DNA from: Macrostomum lignano | Taxonomy: Eukaryota | Reading direction: 5' to 3' | Length of the DNA stretch: 64,000 nt | Assembly: GCA_002269645.1 (NCBI GenBank) | Contig: NIVC01000827.1 | Span: forward strand, 124,001 to 188,000 | In this document: positions 60,318 through 64,000 of the stretch, in pieces | Layout: each line of letters begins with the position of its first letter | How positions within the stretch are numbered: the stretch's first letter is position 1 | Made by a program: the position numbers and the translations under genes | Notes under the pieces: model-generated | The model's input: only the letters and a program-made list of their open reading frames with translations | Told to the model about the DNA's origin: nothing | Databases searched by the model: none

Positions 60318-61517
60318 CTGGATATGAATAGTGGGTGAAAGCCGTCACCTTACTGCGGATATCCAGGTCTGATGAATGATATTGTGGAGGGAGACGGAGG
60401 GATGTAGAGGGCGGAGGCCCAGCTCATGGCCCGTGCCTAAGACTTACCAGCTACATGTAAGCAGACTCTGCTTTGATCTCTCAGCAATTGCAAAATTCAG
60501 TCCGCAGTGACACAGCAGGCGGACACTGCAGGTTTAATATAAAAGCCCCGAGGCAGAAATATGCAATTAGCAGCGGTCGCCATGGCAACCACGAAGCTAC
60601 TGCTTTCAACAGGGGCTGTCCCTCTCAGAGGCGGTGGGGATGGCTGTGGAGGTGACTGCAGCTCATTAATTTCTGGGTCAGAAGGTGCTGGCAGCTCAGC
60701 TCATTGCGGCCCCACCTCCCTCCCTTCCGGACCGCGCAGGCGGCCTGTGGGAGCGCCGGCCAGGGAGGATATCTTCCCTATTTTCCCACTGGGCTCGTCC
60801 GTGAGGCTGGTAGTTATTTAGTTTATTGGGGCTAGAATTTACAAAATATTGAAATAATTTTGAAGTGGAGGTTGGAGGCTGCGGCATCGGCACTGGAGGG
60901 ATGGGCGCCAATGCAAAAGAATAGGAGAGGAAGAATGCACTGCGGAGATGGGAGGAGGGCAATAAATGTTTTACTGCTGCACAGAGGGTAGTTCGCTGGT
61001 GTGTGCTTACCTTGCTAGGTGGGCTGGCTTGGATTGTGGGGGTTGAACCAGTGGTAAAGTAATTACCTGAGCGTGTGGCTGGACGCTCAAATGCGAAATG
61101 AAAAAGTGCAGCGCATCAACATGGACAAAAATTTGGCATATCAACAACCACATTCTTAGATTGTTAGATAGGGAGACAGATTGGTAGATACGAAGACAAG
61201 TTGGTAGACAGGGAGGCAAACTGGTAGATAAGCTTGCTAAGTAGATAGGTAGTCTGACTACGTATTAAGCTTGCAAATTAGCAAGTAGTTGAAAGCAAAC
61301 TTCGTCAGAGAGCTGCTGCAGTTCTGAACCACTTCGTCGGGTTAGTGGCGCACGCAGGAATTTTGTACTGTGTATTTTCTCTGTCGGTATGGAGCGCTTC
61401 ATTTGACGTAATTTTTTTCAGTATAACAAAATATTTCAGTTTGACAAATTATCGCTTGAACACTCGATTTTTCAAGTTGCAGCAGCAAAAATCTTCTACG
61501 CCATCATGCTGGTGCTG

Positions 61518-62599
61518 TTACAGAAGCAGCATCTCGATCTCCTTCAGCGAGTATTTGGGTCCAAAATGAAAAACCCAAATGACTCCCCGTCCAAAAGCAC
61601 CTCCGATTTCATCAGATGAGTTTTTGTACTCTCCATTTGGATGAGTGCCGAAACCGTTGCTGAACCACCAGGCACCCTTAAAAGCTGTAGCGCAGTTGCC
61701 ATAGGTGGTATCGTGATCGGCGTCCTTAGTGCTGAACTGCATGCCGTTGCTCTTGGAGGTGAGGCTGTCGCCGATGCCGGCGCTGCCAGAGAAGCCGGAC
61801 ACGCTCAGCCGGTAGTTGTCCGACTCGGGACCCACGGAGAAGCTGGAGTACTCAGCCCTGCAGCTGACCTCCGGGACAGCCCTGCAGCTAAGTCAGCCCA
61901 GCGCTCAGAGTCGTTCCAAGCCTTCATCAGGATCCTCAGCTTCCGAGGACCAGAAGCAGTGAGAGCGTGGAGAGAGTTCAGGCCTGGGAAGATGCGGACG
62001 TCATGGCGGTGTTTGTCATTGAAGTCCGAGTTGGAAAAGGAAGCGAATGGAGCAGATCCGGGATGCACTCACCGATCCAGTAGTTTCCGTCGGGTCCCTC
62101 GCCGAACTCGCTCTGGTACTGAGTCCAGTTGCGGTAAAAGTCCACTGAGCCGGACACCCTGTGCTGCACGGTGGTCCAGCAGTCTTTGCCGGCTGTCTGC
62201 AAGGTGACACAACAGGTGTGTCAGCTTTTATGCTCTGCGTAAAAGCGTGGCTGTGATGCCGACACATCTAACAGAGTGACTCACCCACACTCGATGAGCT
62301 CCCTTATTCGCATTGCGGCACTTCCTGCAGTGGCTCAGACCCAGACGACACCTGAAGTGAGCACACAGGCCGGAGCTGGCGTTGAATGCCACCAGGTGTA
62401 CAGCGGAGTCGCTGCTAGCAGCAGCTGAGCACTCGATTTCGGACTCAATGGAGAGCGACCTCACGGCCTCGTAGTCGGAGAGGCTCTCGCGACTGGAATG
62501 CCACTTCTGCACAGAGAAGGCAGCTTCGGTCACGTGACGCGGGACTGCAGCGAGCAGCAGCAGCAGCAGAGCAACTTGGCGAGCGGGTTGGAGCTGCAT
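61518..62599 (-). pseudogene. PAN-like + FReD copy D, frameshifted by a 41-bp insertion in exon 3; exons 62599-62285, 62196-62073, 61983-61518
   Basis: A 36-bp insert at 61857-61892 is flanked by duplicated TCAGC (61852-61856, 61893-61897). Removing 41 bp restores WAEYSSFSVG and a 287-aa frame. The Cys of WWFxxC is also replaced (WWFSNGFG). Confidence 0.85.
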
Positions 62600-64000
62600 T
62601 TGATCTGGATATGGAGTAGTGGGTGAGAGCTGTCATCGCACTTCGGAGTTTCAGGTCTGGTGAGATAATACTTGTAGAGAGAGACCGGGGGATGCAGAGG
62701 GCGCAGGCCCAGTTTATGCCATATGCTCAGCAGACTTACCTGCTAAGCTGACTCTGCTGTAATTTCTCTGAATTCGGAAAAATCTGTCCGCAGTTACACA
62801 CCAGACAGACGCTGCAAGCCAATATAAAAGCCCCGAGTCAGAAATATACAACAGCTGCGGTCGCCATGGCAACCAGGCAGCTACAGCTTTTAACAAGGGA
62901 TGCCTCTCTTAGAGGCTGTTGTGATGGATCCACGCTTGCATCACACTACTACTGCTGGGGGTAAGAATTTACAAATTTATTTTGATTTGTTGGTCATATC
63001 TCATGAACTGAAGTAAATGAGTCACTTAAGCCGTACTTCTTGACTATTTAACAATCGCTCAACAGCCTAAAACTCTCCACAAAAAAAGTCCCACACGAAT
63101 TTCCATTAGCCAAAAACAAAAGCCTTGACATTTTAGGAATGTCTTAGAAAGTTAGGACGGTCAGGACATCTTAGAAAGCCCCCATAATTCTTTTATGGAA
63201 GACATGGCGATTACTCTATGGTGGAACTCTGACCCTAACCCCAAAACTGACCCTTAACCCTAATCATAATACCATGGGTGAGTCTTTGCATTTTAGCAAT
63301 TCCCCCATGAGCTTTGAGCCTCAACTTCTCAGCAGCTTTCTGGTTATCCGAAATCTAAACACAATTCCCCCGTAAGCCTTGACCTGTCAGCAATTCACAT
63401 GAGCACGGTCAACTCATGAGCATTGACATCTCAGCAGCTCCCCCTTGAGCCACAGCATTTCGCAGGGCAGTCCCCCTCGACGTCGATTCCGGTCAGAGAA
63501 CAGTGATATGCGAAATATCGGAGAGCTTATCAGACCATTAAGCGTTTATAATGATTAGCTAAATGTGCTTAACGATTAGCAGAATACTTTAATTTCAACA
63601 TACGACAGATTCTCCACTTTGCAGCGTCCACAAAAACTGAACGGATTGGGAAAACTTTTAGTCAGCCCCGTCTGGATCGGTGTAAAATGTCCGAGTCTGC
63701 AGTTGCCAAGATCAATGTTTGCTTGCAGCGCCAACCCGATGCCGGATGCCAACTCTCACAGGTAAAGCAGCTGCTAGATGTTAGATTGCTTTTTTCACTT
63801 TTACAACTGGGTCTGACTTTTTGCACAATTTCATCTACGATTCTGTACACAATACTGCATGGGTGTCAACTGCAGCATCCAGATCAGGTTCCACTAAGTA
63901 AATTTAGATTGTGGAAATCGACAAACATTGGAGAATAAAAAAATAATATTGGATATACTATTTTCTAGGAAGCCTTGCAAAGTTTGCATGCCTATGGCAA

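Noticed and set aside
60368-60420. Hammerhead ribozyme (CTGATGA hits, given flatworm satellite precedents)
   Set aside because: No matching GAAA core or stems found here or at the other CTGATGA sites I checked.
63225-63275. Telomere-like CCCTAA motifs or a Helentron-type element
   Set aside because: Only two or three degenerate units, and no element ends identified.

Overview
Eukaryotic (invertebrate) genomic DNA with spliceosomal introns, GC3-rich exons and many minisatellites. The style suggests a flatworm such as Macrostomum; this is inference only. Hand-spliced gene models: (1) two intact + strand genes (50-1264, 5335-6618) and two disrupted - strand paralogs (54975-60317, 61518-62599) encoding signal peptide + PAN/apple-like Cys domain + fibrinogen-related domain (FReD); (2) a DEG/ENaC channel (7757-11155); (3) a 9-exon - strand gene (35396 to 12603) fusing a DFRxxL/Pro-rich N-terminus and a PH domain to a complete but divergent actin fold; (4) an F-spondin gene with two Kunitz domains nested antisense in the 16.2-kb intron of gene 3; (5) ROGDI; (6) a Thr-rich transmembrane mucin; (7) a Delta-like membrane protein carrying two near-identical C2-DSL-EGF heads on a mucin stalk. 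Mobile DNA includes a full-span but defective Mag-type Gypsy element inside a FReD exon, an internally deleted LTR element, piggyBac and LINE remnants, tRNA-derived SINEs and MITE-like elements. About 17 distinct tandem arrays total roughly 11 kb. There is no CRISPR array and no rRNA. The best candidates for undescribed biology are the PH-actin fusion, the double-headed Delta/mucin, and patchwork diversification of the PAN-FReD lectins. All coordinates and alignments were read by eye.
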